Shown in pieces: positions 26,070 through 40,587 of a stretch of 64,000 nucleotides of DNA. The notes under the pieces are model-generated. The model searched no databases and was not told the origin of the DNA. It worked only from the letters and a program-made list of their open reading frames with translations. Source of the DNA: Eledone cirrhosa (lineage: Eukaryota); NCBI GenBank assembly GCA_964016885.1, contig OZ024764.1:23870001-23934000 (forward strand). Reading direction: 5' to 3'. The translations under genes were made by a program, and so were the position numbers. The first letter of the stretch is position 1. Each line of letters starts with the position of its first letter.

Positions 26070-28262
26070 GGGAAGCCATATCACTTTGATATGTTTGGAA
26101 AATATATCTTTTAATCGAGCAATCTAACTAAATATATGCATAGATGAGGGAAACCATATCATTATCATCATCATCATCATTTTACGTCCGCCTTTCCCTG
26201 CTTTCAAGGGTGGGATGGGTCCTATTCAGCAACGCATCTCTCCACATGTCGCGGTCCTTCGTCATCTCCACCGTGAGCTTCAAACGTCTGCTCTCGCCAC
26301 CTCCACCCATGTAAATCATTTTCTAATTTTGGTTTCACTAAACACTAACATATACCTGAGAGGAACCAGATCATTAACTACACATAAACATATACATACA
26401 GCTGGGAAGCCATTTCACTTTGATATATTTGGTAAATCCTTCTCTATATGTTGTGGCTTCACTACACACTAACATATAGGAGAGGAACTATATCACTGTG
26501 GTAAATCCTTCTCTATATGTTGTGGCTTCCCTACACACTAACATACAGGAGAGGAACTATATCACTGTGATGTCTGTGGTAAATCCTTCTCTAAATGTTG
26601 TGGCTTCCCTACACACTAACATATAGGAAAGGAACTATATCACTGTGGTGTCTGTGCTAAATAATTCTCTAAATGTTGTGGCTTCCCTACACACTAACAT
26701 ACAGGAGAGGAACCATATGACTGTGATGTCTGTGGTAAATCCTTCTCTATATGTTATGGCTTCCCTACACAGTAACACATACAGGAAAGGAACTATATCA
26801 CTGTGGTGTCTGTGGTAAATAATGCTCTCGTAAAGGTCACTTGATGGAACACAAACACAACCAGACAAGATAAAAACCATGTCACTCACCTAAAATAGTG
26901 CCACCAATGTTGTTAATATCTTGAATAAAACTGTTTTACTAAGAAATTATTCTCCTTTCATTTTATTTGTAGAAGTTTTAACCAAGACTTGTGCTGACAA
27001 AACTGTATTGTTCAGAATTGACATACGTTATATATATGTGAATGTATGTGTGTAGAAATTTGTACATGTTTGTATCTGTGTTTATATATAAGTATGTGTA
27101 TATCTGTATTTGATTTATGTATTATGTATGTGTGTATATGTACGTCATCTTCATCAACATCATCACTGTTTTTATGTTCGTTTTTCCATGCTTCCTTGGG
27201 TTGGACATGTCCTTCTCAACATGGCATCTTTCAACTTCTCGTGTTCCTTTGTCATCTGCTCTGTGAGAGTCAGTCATTTGAAGTCAGTTCACACAGCCTC
27301 TGTCCAGGTCTTTCTTGGTCTACCTCTACTATGTCTTCCTTCTACTGGGATGTCCTGGCACTTCTTCACCCAGCTGTCATTATCCATGTGTATCACATGT
27401 CCGTACCAATGCAGTCTTCTCTCTTACACATCTCTTAAGTTCCCTCTTAAACCCAGCTTCTCCCTCAACTTGTCCAAGCTCTGCCTTTCTCTCACACTTA
27501 AATGGCATATCCAATGAAGCATGGTTGCTTCATTCCTCTCCAGTCTACACTTTTTTTCTGCTGTCACAGCCCTTGTGTCACTACCATGCAGCATCACATT
27601 TTATTGGCAGGTGTTATACAGTCATCCTCCACTGCTAATTAAGTCACAGAAGCTATCAACCACTTCTATGTGTGTATAATTACTTGTGTATCTTTATGTA
27701 TCTGTGTATATATGTGTATACATCTGCATAGATTTGCAGTATATGATACAGCCGGGAGAACATGTCATATTATCTGGGTCCTTCTAGCAGATTCAGCAAG
27801 TGACACATATATATATATATATTGTATATATATCTATAATATATATATATACATATATATATCGTCAGTCGATCGACTTTCGTCAAATTGGACCGAAGAA
27901 ACAATGCTTCCATTGGTCTTTCCAATTGCTAATACTATCTATTGGTCACAACTCCAGGTAGAAGGAGCAACGTGAAATAAAGTGTCTTGCTCAAGGACAT
28001 AACACATCACCCGGTCCGAGAATTGAACTCAACCTTTCAATTACAAGCCCAATGCTCTAACCACTAAGCCATATATATTATATATATATTACTAGCAGAA
28101 TGGCCCGGAGATCGCTCAATCGCCTAATGTAGTCCCTAGGGCATAGAAAATTTGGAATTTTTCTCCTCAAAACACTCACAGGACCATAAGTATTACATGT
28201 GTAAAGTTTGAAAACAATCGGTTGGGTGGTTCTTGAGTTTTAGGCATTCTCTATTTTAGATA
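26070..28262 (+). repeat. Segmental duplicate of ~9350-11610 (3' flank of the zinc-finger unit)
   Basis: Colinear near-identical blocks; the SINE at 10306-10650 is absent here. Confidence 0.9.
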
Positions 28263-28900
28263 TCATCATTATCATCATCACCGTTTTACGTCCGTTCTTC
28301 CATGCTAGCATGGGTTAAACGGGTTGTCCTGTTGTGGGCAGTGTCTGGTCGGCTGACCATGCCTTGCTCATAAAGGAACTGATTTGTCTTGATTTTTACA
28401 GCTGGATGCCCTTCCTAACACCAACCTCATTTACAGTGTGGGCTGGGTGCTTTTTCGTGGCACCTCCACGACCACCTTGCAGTGTGAGGGCATATTGTCT
28501 ATATGCTTCAGCTTGTACCCATGGGAGGTCGGGTACTCTGTATTACTGCATGACACCAGAGGTCACGGTCGTGTGTCATCGCCTTTGAGAGGTGTAATTG
28601 GGTAAGGTCGGCTTTTATCACCTCATCCCAGGTCATCTTGGGTCTCCCCACTCCGCGGTTTCTATCGACTTCTAGTGCTCTGCACCTTTTTATGCAGCTG
28701 TCATCCTTCATACGCATCACATGTCCATACCAACGCAACCGAAGTCCTTTTTTACAGAGAGAGAAACCTTTCGTGGTCAACTGTTGCAGTAGCTCTCTAA
28801 ACTTTTTCCATCCTATCCTTATTCTAGCTATTCATCTTTCAGAGCAGCCTCCTCCACTGCTAATTAAGTCACCAAGATTGTAAAAGCAATCAACCACTTC
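28262..28900 (-). mobile_element. RTE LINE 3' fragment
   Basis: LRWYGHVMRMKDDSCIKRC...GRPKMTWDEVI plus 3' UTR and tail. Confidence 0.8.
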
Positions 28901-28944
28901 TATGTGTGTCTAATGACATATATAATTAAGCCTGACAATTCCAC

Positions 28945-30372
28945 CACTAAGAGATTTAGTGGGATACATGGTAAGTTAGCTAAGAATGTAGGTTTTACAT
29001 GTGGTCATTGCACTGGAGCAGTAAGAAGCAATCACTTTTGGGAGACAAATTCTATCAAATATTTAAAGGGTTCCATAGAAACAGTTGACAGTTTCTGTTA
29101 CCAGGGTGACCAAATTAGCAGTGGAGGTAGGTGTACTGAAAGTACAGAAACCAGAGTAAGAACAAAATGGCAAAGGTTTAGGGTGCTACTATTACTACTA
29201 CTGCTAGCTACAAAAGGTTGTTTCTCCAAATTGATGTGTGCATATGAACAGCAATGCTGCATTGCAGTGAGGACCTCAGAAGATTGGATAGAAATGAAGC
29301 TTGAATTCTCCGATGGATGTGTAATATTAATATACATGAAGGGCAAAGTGTAAATAAACTGAGAGAGAACCTGGGCATGAGAGGGATAAGATACAGTATG
29401 CAGGAGTGTAGATTGCTGTGGTATGGACATCTGATGTGTATGAAGGTAGAGATGTTGTATAAAAGGTTGACTGCTTGAAATTGATGGAAGAAGACCTAGG
29501 AATGCTTGGTATGAGGAGGTAAAAACTGATCTAACACCATTGTACCTCACCTAGGTGATGACACAGGATTGAAATATCTGGCGTTGTACAGTACTGCAGG
29601 AGACCTGCATTGCCATGTGCACGGGATGAAGCAACATTTAGTGGTTTGAAGTATGCTCCAATTTTCTTCCACCCCACGTCTTAACACTCCAACCCCTTAC
29701 CAGCTAGGTACCCCACCCTGACCTACCTCTCCAATCCCCACCCTACATACACACAGCCCCACCCCCACTTTCACATCTGATACACCTCTCTTGACCAACC
29801 TATGTATACAAGTATGGAAAGCTTAACATGCTCTCCCCCAATGCTGCTGAAATGGCAACAAACCCTCAGGCAACCCAGTAAGTCCTCTCTGTTCGGTAAT
29901 ATGACAAAAGAGCACCTAACCCTCCCTGCAAGGTAGTCATGCTAGTGACATGACAAAAACCACCCAGTCTGCCCTGTGATGTAGACATGACAGGAGGCCT
30001 CTAGCCCACTCAGTAAAGTGGTCATGCTAGTGGCAAGACTGAAGGCACTCGAACCACCCTTCAAAGTAGTCAAATTGGTGACATGACAAAGAGCACCATG
30101 TCTGCTCTCTTAGCTGGTGGTTGTCATGATGGTGACACAACAACAAGCACCCAGTCCACCCTGTAGGTTGGACATGTTAGCAACGCAACAATAAATACCA
30201 AGTCCACCCTGTAAATGTGGTTGGAGTTAGGAAGGGCACCCAGCCGTAGAAACCAACTAGAAATGGTTCTTGCATGAGAAATTCACGGTCATTTGATCTA
30301 AGTTTTCACACAACAGGACAACTCGTCTGACCCATGCTAGCATGTAAAATGGAATTTAAACTGTGATGATGT
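28945..30372 (+). mobile_element. RTE LINE 3' fragment with long 3' UTR
   Basis: FTCGHC...ETVDSFCYQGDQISSGG; ends gatgatg before (TA)n. Confidence 0.75.
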
Positions 30373-30399
30373 ATAATATATGAATATACACGTATATAT

Positions 30400-30486
<87 letters not shown>

Positions 30487-30491
<5 letters not shown>

Positions 30492-30981
30492 TAAAAAGGT
30501 GCAGAGCACTAAAAGTTGACGGAAGCTGCGGAGTGGGGAGAACGAAGAAGATGTGGGATGAGGTGATAAAAGTCAACCTTGCCCAATTGAACCTCTCAAA
30601 GGTGACGATACAGGACCGTGACCTCTGGCGTCACCAGTAATACAGAAGACCTGAATTCCCACGTGAACAAGCCAAAGCTGAAACATATAGACAATATGCC
30701 CCCATTCACTCCTACTGGAAATTGGTCGTGGAGGTATCACAATAAAAAACATCCAGCCCACACTGTAAAGTGGTCATGTAGGTGCCACGGTAAAGAATCA
30801 CCCAGCACTCACTGTAAATGAGGTTGGTTTCAGGAAGGGCATCCAGCTGTAGAAATCAGCCAAGATAAGTTCCTGTATGAGCAAGGCAAGATCACCTGAC
30901 CTGGCATTGCCCACAACAGGACAGCCCGTCTAACCCATGCTAGCGTGGAAGAATGGATGTAAAACGGTGATGATATTGAAG

Positions 30982-30982
<1 letters not shown>
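30487..30982 (+). mobile_element. RTE LINE 3' fragment
   Basis: [28 protein letters not shown] plus 3' UTR. Confidence 0.8.
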
Positions 30983-31058
<76 letters not shown>

Positions 31059-31159
31059 ATAGAGAGAGAGAGAGAAGGAGAATGATATTCTGACGGTCTC
31101 CCAGTTTATTCCGAAGTCTGTACAAAAGATTTGCTGTTGATCGTATAACTAGACTTTGG

Positions 31160-31920
31160 AGATTTTAAACAAAAAAACTAAGTTCTAATGGATAATACCA
31201 CTGCTATTTCTAGCAGTTAGAGAGACTACGTAGAGGTTTTCTTATTGATATATAATTGATATTTTATTGAGTGATACTTTCTGATTTACAATTATTTAAA
31301 TACGATTGGAACTGTCTGAATGTATTAAATTATATCAGGGACTTTTAACTAATGACACCGTTAAGAGTGTTTAACATTCTTAACGACACCGCGTACCTGC
31401 TGTCTTCATTATAACTTTAATTACTGGCCTTGTGCCAAAAGTAGAAACAATTATAACTTTAATTAATCTAATTATATCTTGTGTAACAATTATATATATA
31501 TACACAATTTTAATTCCCCGACATCAGTCTTACACTGTCATATCTATTCTTACTTTACAATTGTGTCTACTAAGAGTTCCATTACAATCTGTAGTAGTAA
31601 AACTACTATTTCACCAGCACATCTGCTATCAGTCATTTATAGACAATATATATATTTTAGACCACATATCAACCTAATATATATATATTTCCTATCCTTT
31701 GGTTGTTTAGTAACGACTAACAACACAATACATTGATTATATGTGAAGGAGGTAAGTTGACAAAGATTTACTTAATGTCTATATTAATGTGTGTAAATAA
31801 TATAATTATTTGAACCTTACAACGATCCAGTAATTAACCAGATTCCACTGTTACATGTGATATAAAATATATTGTTATCATGACTGTCTTTATTATTTAA
31901 ATTACCTCCGTCTATTTAAT
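31160..31920 (+). repeat. Duplicate of 13500-13764 joined to 19410-19990, including the donor at 31752 (start of a third unit)
   Basis: Colinear near-identical sequence. Confidence 0.85.
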
Positions 31921-32313
31921 TATGTGGTTCACTCCCTTACATTATAAAATATAGTTTATATTTAGCTGTACCTTGTTATTGCTTTAAGTAAATTAAAGAT
32001 ATCTTTATTATTTAAATTACCTCCGTCTATTTAATTATGTGGTTCACTACCTTACATTATAAAATATAGTTTATATTTAGCTGTACCTTGTTGTTGTTTC
32101 AGGGAAGTTTTGTTCGTTTTAGTCTAAATCTATCTTGATTTAATTTACTTCATCTACACCAAAGGTTCTCAACCCATTTAGGCCAAACGCCCCCTTTTGT
32201 CCCTCGAATTCATGAAACGCCCCCTCCCCCGCCACCCTATTTTTTCACTTTTTCAATATACTACTGATTTTTATATCAGTAGATTACTAAAAAATTGATT
32301 AACAATATTCCAA

Positions 32314-35300
32314 AGATGTGTGTATTATCTGATTATGTGTTGTATGTGGTCCTAGATGTGTGTATTATCTGATTATGTGTTGTATGTGGTCCTAGATGTG
32401 TGTATTATCTGATTATGTGTTGTATGTGGTCCTAGATGTGTGTATTATCTGATTATGTGTTGTATGTGGTCCTAGATGTGTGTATTATCTGATTATGTGT
32501 TGTCTGTGGTCCTAGATGTGTGTATTATCTGATTATGTGTTGTATGTGGTCCTAGATGTGTGTATTATCTGATTATGTGTTGTATGTGGTCCTAGATGTG
32601 TGTATTATCTGATTATGTGTTGTATGTGGTCCTAGATGTGTGTATTATCTGATTATGTGTTGTATGTGGTCCTAGATGTGTGTATTATCTGATTATGTGT
32701 TGTATGTGGTCCTAGATGTGTGTATTATCTGATTATGTGTTGTATGTGGTCCTAGATGTGTGTATTATCTGATTATGTGTTGTATGTGGTCCTAGATGTT
32801 TGTATTACCTGATTATGTGTTATATGTGGTCCTAGATGTGTGTATTATCTGATTGTGTTGTATGTGGTCCTTGATGTTTGTATTATCTGATTATGTGTTG
32901 TATGTAGTCCTAGATGTGTGTATTATCTGATTATGTGTTGTATGTGGTCCTAGATGTTTGTATTACCTGATTATGTGTTATATGTGGTCCTAGATGTGTG
33001 TATTATCTGATTGTGTTGTATGTGGTCCTTGATGTTTGTATTATCTGATTATGTGTTGTATGTAGTCCTAGATGTGTGTATTATCTGATTATGTGTTGTA
33101 TGTGGTCCTAGATGTGTGTATTATCTGATTATGTGTTGTATGTGGTCCTAGATGTTTGTATTACCTGATTATGTGTTATATGTGGTCCTAGATGTGTGTA
33201 TTATCTGATTGTGTTGTATGTGGTCCTTGATGTTTGTATTATCTGATTATGTGTTGTATGTAGTCCTAGATGTGTGTATTATCTGATTATGTGTTGTATG
33301 TGGTCCTAGATGTTTGTATTACCTGATTATGTGTTATATGTGGTCCTAGATGTGTGTATTATCTGATTATGTGTTGTATGTGGTCCTAGATGTGTGTATT
33401 ATCTGATTATGTGTTGTATGTGGTCCTAGATGTGTGTATTATCTGATTATGTGTTGTATGTGGTCCTAGATGTGTTTATTATCTGATTATGTGTTGTATG
33501 TGGTCCTAGATGTGTGTATTATCTGATTATGTGTTGTATGTGGTCCTAGATGTTTGTATTATCTGATTATATGTTGTATGTGGTGCTAGGTGTGTGTATT
33601 ATCTGATTATGTGTTGTATGTGGTCCTAGATGTGTGTATTATCTGATTATGTGTTGTATATGGTCCTAGATGTGTGTATTACCTGATTATGTGTTATATG
33701 TGGTCCTAGATGTGTGTATTATCTGATTGTGTTGTATGTGGTCCTAGATGTTTGTATTATCTGATTATGTGTTGTATGTGGTCCTAGATGTTTGTATTAT
33801 CTGATTATATGTTGTATGTGGTGCTAGGTGTGTGTATTATCTGATTATGTGTTGTATGTGGTCCTAGATGTGTGTATTATCTGATTATGTGTTGTATATG
33901 GTCCTAGATGTGTGTATTACCTGATTATGTGTTATATGTGGTCCTAGATGTGTGTATTATCTGATTGTGTTGTATGTGGTCCTTGATGTTTGTATTATCT
34001 GATTATGTGTTGTATGTGGTCCTAGATGTGTGTATTATCTGATTATGTGTTGTATGTGGTCCTAGATGTGTGTATTATCTGATTATGTGTTGTATGTGGT
34101 CCTAGATGTGTGTATTACCTGATTGTGTTGTATGTGGTCCTAGATGTGTGTATTATCTGATTATGTGTTGTATGTGGTCCTACATGTGTGTATTACCTGA
34201 TTGTGTTGTATGTGGTCCTAGATGTGTGTATTATCTGATTATGTGTTGTATGTGGTCCTAGATGTGTGTATTATCTGATTATGTGTTGTATGTAGTCCTA
34301 GATGTGTGTATTATCTGATTATGTGTTGTATGTGGTCCTAGATGTGTGTATTATCTGATTATGTGTTGTATGTGGTCCTACATGTGTGTATTATCTGATT
34401 ATGTGTTGTATGTAGTCCTAGATGTGTGTATTATCTGATTATGTGTTGCATGTGGTCCTACATGTGTGTATTATCTGATTATGTGTTGTATGTGGTCCTA
34501 CATGTGTGTATTATCTGATTATGTGTTGTATGTGGTCCTAGATGTGTGTATTATCTGATTATGTGTTGTATGTGGTCCTTGATGTGTGTATTATCTGATT
34601 ATGTGTTGTATGTAGTCCTACATGTGTGTATTATCTGATTATGTGTTGTATGTGGTCCTAGATGTGTGTATTATCTGATTATGTGTTGTATGTAGTCCTA
34701 CATGTGTGTATTATCTGATTATGTGTTGTATGTGGTCCTAGATGTGTGTATTATCTGATTATGTGTTGTATGTGGTCCTAGATGTGTGTATTATCTGATT
34801 ATGTGTTGTATGTAGTCCTACATGTGTGTATTATCTGATTATGTGTTGTATGTGGTCCTAGATGTGTGTATTATCTGATTATGTGTTGTATGTGGTCCTT
34901 GATGTGTGTATTATCTGATTATGTGTTGTATGTAGTCCTAGATGTGTGTATTATCTGATTATGTGTTGTATGTGATCCTAGATGTGTGTATTATCTGATT
35001 ATGTGTTGTATGTGGTCCTAGATGTGTGTATTATCTGATTATGTGTTGTATGTGGTCCTAGATGTGTGTATTATCTGATTATGTGTTGTATGTGGTCCTA
35101 GATGTGTGTATTATCTGATTATGTGTTGTATGTGGTCCTAGATGTGTGTATTATCTGATTATGTGTTGTATGTGATCCTAGATGTGTGTATTATCTGATT
35201 ATGTGTTGTATGTGGTCCTAGATGTGTGTATTATCTGATTATGTGTTGTATGTGGTCCTAGATGTGTGTATTATCTGATTATGTGTTGTATGTGGTCCTA

Positions 35301-38300
35301 CATGTGTGTATTATCTGATTATGTGTTGTATGTAGTCCTACATGTGTGTATTATCTGATTATGTGTTGTATGTGGTCCTAGATGTGTGTATTATCTGATT
35401 ATGTGTTGTATGTAGTCCTACATGTGTGTATTATCTGATTATGTGTTGTATGTGATCCTAGATGTGTGTATTATCTGATTATGTGTTGTATGTGGTCCTA
35501 GATGTGTGTATTATCTGATTATGTGTTGTATGTGGTCCTAGATGTGTGTATTATCTGATTATGTGTTGTATGTGGTCCTAGATGTGTGTATTATCTGATT
35601 ATGTGTTGTATGTGGTCCTAGATGTGTGTATTATCTGATTATGTGTTGTATGTGGTCCTAGATGTTTGTATTATCTGATTATGTGTTGTATGTGGTCCTA
35701 GATGTGTGTATTATCTGATTATGTGTTGTATGTGGTCCTAGATGTTTGTATTATCTGATTATGTGTTGTATGTGGTCCTAGATGTGTGTATTATCTGATT
35801 ATGTGTTGTATGTGGTCCTAGATGTGTGTATTATCTGATTATGTGTTGTATGTGGTCCTAGATGTTTGTATTATCTGATTATGTGTTGTATGTGGTCCTA
35901 GATGTGTGTATTATCTGATTATGTGTTGTCTGTGGTCCTAGATGTTTGTATTATCTGATTATGTGTTGTATGTGGTCCTAGATGTGTGTATTATCTGATT
36001 ATGTGTTGTATGTGGTCCTAGATGTTTGTATTATCTGATTATGTGTTGTATGTGGTCCTAGATGTGTGTATTATCTGATTATGTGTTGTATGTGGTCCTA
36101 GATGTTTGTATTATCTGATTATGTGTTGTATGTGGTCCTAGAGGTGTGTATTATCTGATTATGTGTTGTATGTGGTCCTAGATGTGTGTATTATCTGATT
36201 ATGTGTTGTATGTGATCCTAGATGTTTGTATTATCTGATTATGTGTTGTATGTGGTCCTAGATGTGTGTATTATCTGATTATGTGTTGTCTGTGGTCCTA
36301 GATGTGTGTATTATCTGATTATGTGTTGTATGTGGTCCTAGATGTGTGTATTATCTGATTATGTGTTGTATGTGGTCCTAGATGTGTGTATTATCTGATT
36401 ATGTGTTGTATGTGGTCCTAGATGTGTGTATTATCTGATTATGTGTTGTATGTGGTCCTAGATGTTTGTATTATCTGATTATGTGTTGCATGTGGTCCTA
36501 CATGTGTGTATTATCTGATTGTGTTGTATGTAGTCCTAGATGTGTGTATTATCTGATTGTGTTGTATGTGGTCCTAGATGTTTGTATTATCTGATTATGT
36601 GTTGTATGTGGTCCTAGATGTGTGTATTATCTGATTATGTGTTGTATGTGGTCCTAGATGTGTGTATTATCTGATTATGTGTTGTATGTGGTCCTAGATG
36701 TGTGTATTATCTGATTATGTGTTGTATGTGGTCCTAGATGTGTGTATTATCTGATTATGTGTTGCATGTGGTCCTACATGTGTGTATTATCTGATTATGT
36801 GTTGTATGTGGTCCTAGATGTGTGTATTATCTGATTATGTGTTGTATGTGATCCTAGATGTGTGTATTATCTGATTATGTGTTGCATGTGGTCCTACATG
36901 TGTGTATTATCTGATTATGTGTTGTATGTAGTCCTACATGTGTGTATTATCTGATTGTGTTGTATGTGGTCCTAGATGTTTGTATTATCTGATTATGTGT
37001 TGCATGTGGTCCTACATGTGTGTATTATCTGATTGTGTTGTATGTAGTCCTAGATGTGTGTATTATCTGATTGTGTTGTATGTGGTCCTAGATGTGTGTA
37101 TTATCTGATTTGTGTTGCATGCTGGTCCTAGATGTGTGTATTATCTGATTGTGTTGTATGTGGTCCTAGATGTTTGTATTATCTGATTATGTGTTGCATG
37201 TGGTCCTACATGTGTGTATTATCTGATTATGTGTTGCATGTGGTCCTACATGTGTGTATTATCTGATTGTGTTGTATGTGGTCCTAGATGTTTGTATTAT
37301 CTGATTATGTGTTGCATGTGGTCCTACATGTGTGTATTATCTGATTATGTGTTGCATGTGGTCCTACATGTGTGTATTATCTGATTGTGTTGTATGTGGT
37401 CCTAGATGTTTGTATTATCTGATTATGTGTTGCATGTGGTCCTACATGTGTGTATTATCTGATTATGTGTTGCATGTGGTCCTACATGTGTGTATTATCT
37501 GATTGTGTTGTATGTGGTCCTAGATGTTTGTATTATCTGATTATGTGTTGCATGTGGTCCTACATGTGTGTATTATCTGATTGTGTTGTATGTGGTCCTA
37601 GATGTTTGTATTATCTGATTATGTGTTGCATGTGGTCCTACATGTGTGTATTATCTGATTGTGTTGTATGTGGTCCTAGATGTTTGTATTATCTGATTAT
37701 GTGTTGCATGTGGTCCTACATGTGTGTATTATCTGATTATGTGTTGTATGTGGTCCTACATGTGTGTATTATCTGATTGTGTTGTATGTGGTCCTAGATG
37801 TGTGTATTATCTGATTATGTGTTGTATGTGGTCCTACATGTGTGTATTATCTGATTAGTGTTGTATGTGTCCTAGATGTGTGTATTATCTGATTATGTGT
37901 TGTATGTGGTCCTACATGTGTGTATTATCTGATTATGTGTTGTATGTGGTCCTAGATGTGTGTATTATCTGATTATGTGTTGTATGTGGTCCTAGATGTG
38001 TGTATTATCTGATTATGTGTTGTATGTGGTCCTAGATGTGTGTATTATCTGATTTGTGTTGTATGTGGTCCTAGATGTGTGTATTATCTGATTATGTGTT
38101 GTATGTGGTCCTAGATGTGTGTATTATCTGATTATGTGTTGTATGTGGTCCTAGATGTGTGTATTATCTGATTATGTGTTGTATGTGGTCCTAGATGTGT
38201 GTATTATCTGATTATGTGTTGTATGTGGTCCTAGATGTGTGTATTATCTGATTATGTGTTGTATGTGGTCCTAGATGTGTGTATTATCTGATTATGTGTT

Positions 38301-40387
38301 GTATGTGGTCCTAGATGTGTGTATTATCTGATTATGTGTTGTATGTGGTCCTACATGTGTGTATTATCTGATTATGTGTTGTATGTGGTCCTAGATGTGT
38401 GTATTATCTGATTATGTGTTGTATGTGGTCCTAGATGTGTGTATTATCTGATTATGTGTTGTATGTGGTCCTACATGTGTGTATTACCTGATTATGTGTT
38501 GTATGTGGTCCTAGATGTGTGTATTATCTGATTATGTGTTGTATGTGGTCCTAGATGTGTGTATTATCTGATTATGTGTTGTATGTAGTCCTAGATGTGT
38601 GTATTATCTGATTATGTGTTGTAGGTGGTCCTAGATGTGTGTATTATCTGATTATGTGTTGTATGTGGTCCTAGATGTGTGTATTATCTGATTATGTGTT
38701 GTATGTGGTCCTAGATGTGTGTATTATCTGATTATGTGTTGTATGTGGTCCTAGATGTGTGTATTATCTGATTATGTGTTGTAGGTGGTCCTAGATGTGT
38801 GTATTATCTGATTATGTGTTGTATGTGGTCCTAGATGTGTGTATTATCTGATTATGTGTTGTATGTGGTCCTAGATGTGTGTATTATCTGATTATGTGTT
38901 GTATGTGGTCCTAGATGTGTGTATTATCTGATTATGTGTTGTATGTGGTCCTAGATGTGTGTATTATCTGATTATGTGTTGTATGTGGTCCTAGATGTGT
39001 GTATTATCTGATTATGTGTTGTATGTAGTCCTAGATGTGTGTATTATCTGATTATGTGTTGTAGGTGGTCCTAGATGTGTGTATTATCTGATTATGTGTT
39101 GTATGTGGTCCTAGATGTGTGTATTATCTGATTATGTGTTGTATGTGGTCCTAGATGTGTGTATTATCTGATTATGTGTTGTATGTGGTCCTAGATGTGT
39201 GTATTATCTGATTATGTGTTGTATGTGGTCCTAGATGTGTGTATTATCTGATTATGTGTTGTATGTGGTCCTAGATGTGTGTATTATCTGATTATGTGTT
39301 GTATGTGGTCCTAGATGTGTGTATTATCTGATTATGTGTTGTATGTGGTCCTAGATGTGTGTATTATCTGATTATGTGTTGTATGTGGTCCTAGATGTGT
39401 GTATTATCTGATTATGTGTTGTATGTGGTCCTAGATGTGTGTATTATCTGATTATGTGTTGTATGTGGTCCTACATGTGTGTATTATCTGATTATGTGTT
39501 GTATGTGGTCTAGATGTGTGTATTATCTGATTATGTGTTGTATGTGGTCCTAGATGTGTGTATTATCTGATTATGTGTTGTATGTGGTCCTAGATGTGTG
39601 TATTATCTGATTATGTGTTGTATGTGGTCTAGATGTGTGTATTATCTGATTATGTGTTGTATGTAGTCCTACATGTGTGTATTATCTAATTATGTGTTGT
39701 ATGTGGTCCTAGATGTGTGTATTATCTGATTATGTGTTGTATGTGGTCCTACATGTGTGTATTATCTGATTATGTGTTGTATGTGGTCCTAGATGTGTGT
39801 ATTATCTGATTATGTGTTGTATGTGGTCCTAGATGTGTGTATTATCTGATTATGTGTTGTATGTGGTCCTAGATGTGTGTATTATCTGATTATGTGTTGT
39901 ATGTGGTCCTAGATGTGTGTATTATCTGATTATGTGTTGTATGTGGTCCTAGATGTGTGTATTATCTGATTATGTGTTGTATGTGGTCCTAGATGTGTGT
40001 ATTATCTGATTATGTGTTGTAAGTGGTCCTAGATGTGTGTATTATCTGATTATGTGTTGTATGTGGTCCTAGATGTGTGTATTATCTGATTATGTGTTGT
40101 ATGTGGTCCTAGATGTGTGTATTATCTGATTATGTGTTGTATGTGGTCCTAGATGTGTGTATTATCTGATTATGTGTTGTATGTGGTCCTAGATGTGTGT
40201 ATTATCTGATTATGTGTTGTATGTGGTCCTAGATGTGTGTAATTATCTGATTATGTTTGTATGTGGTCCTAGATGTGTGTATTATCTGATTATGTGTTGT
40301 ATGTGGTCCTAGATGTGTGTATTATTATCTGATTATGTGTTGTAGGTGGTCTAGATTGTGTATTATCTGATTATGTGTTGTATGTAG
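32314..40387. repeat. Satellite, 40-bp unit, ~200 copies, ending at the assembly gap
   Basis: gatgtgtgtattatctgattatgtgttgtatgtggtccta in tandem, with 38-bp variants. Confidence 0.98.
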
Positions 40388-40587
40388 NNNNNNNNNNNNN
40401 NNNNNNNNNNNNNNNNNNNNNNNNNNNNNNNNNNNNNNNNNNNNNNNNNNNNNNNNNNNNNNNNNNNNNNNNNNNNNNNNNNNNNNNNNNNNNNNNNNNN
40501 NNNNNNNNNNNNNNNNNNNNNNNNNNNNNNNNNNNNNNNNNNNNNNNNNNNNNNNNNNNNNNNNNNNNNNNNNNNNNNNNNNNNNNN
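40388..40587. other. Assembly gap (200 N)
   Basis: Run of N. Confidence 1.

Noticed and set aside
32314-40387. CRISPR-like regular array
   Set aside because: Head-to-tail units with no unique spacers, no cas genes, eukaryotic context; the same applies to the 49- and 62-bp arrays
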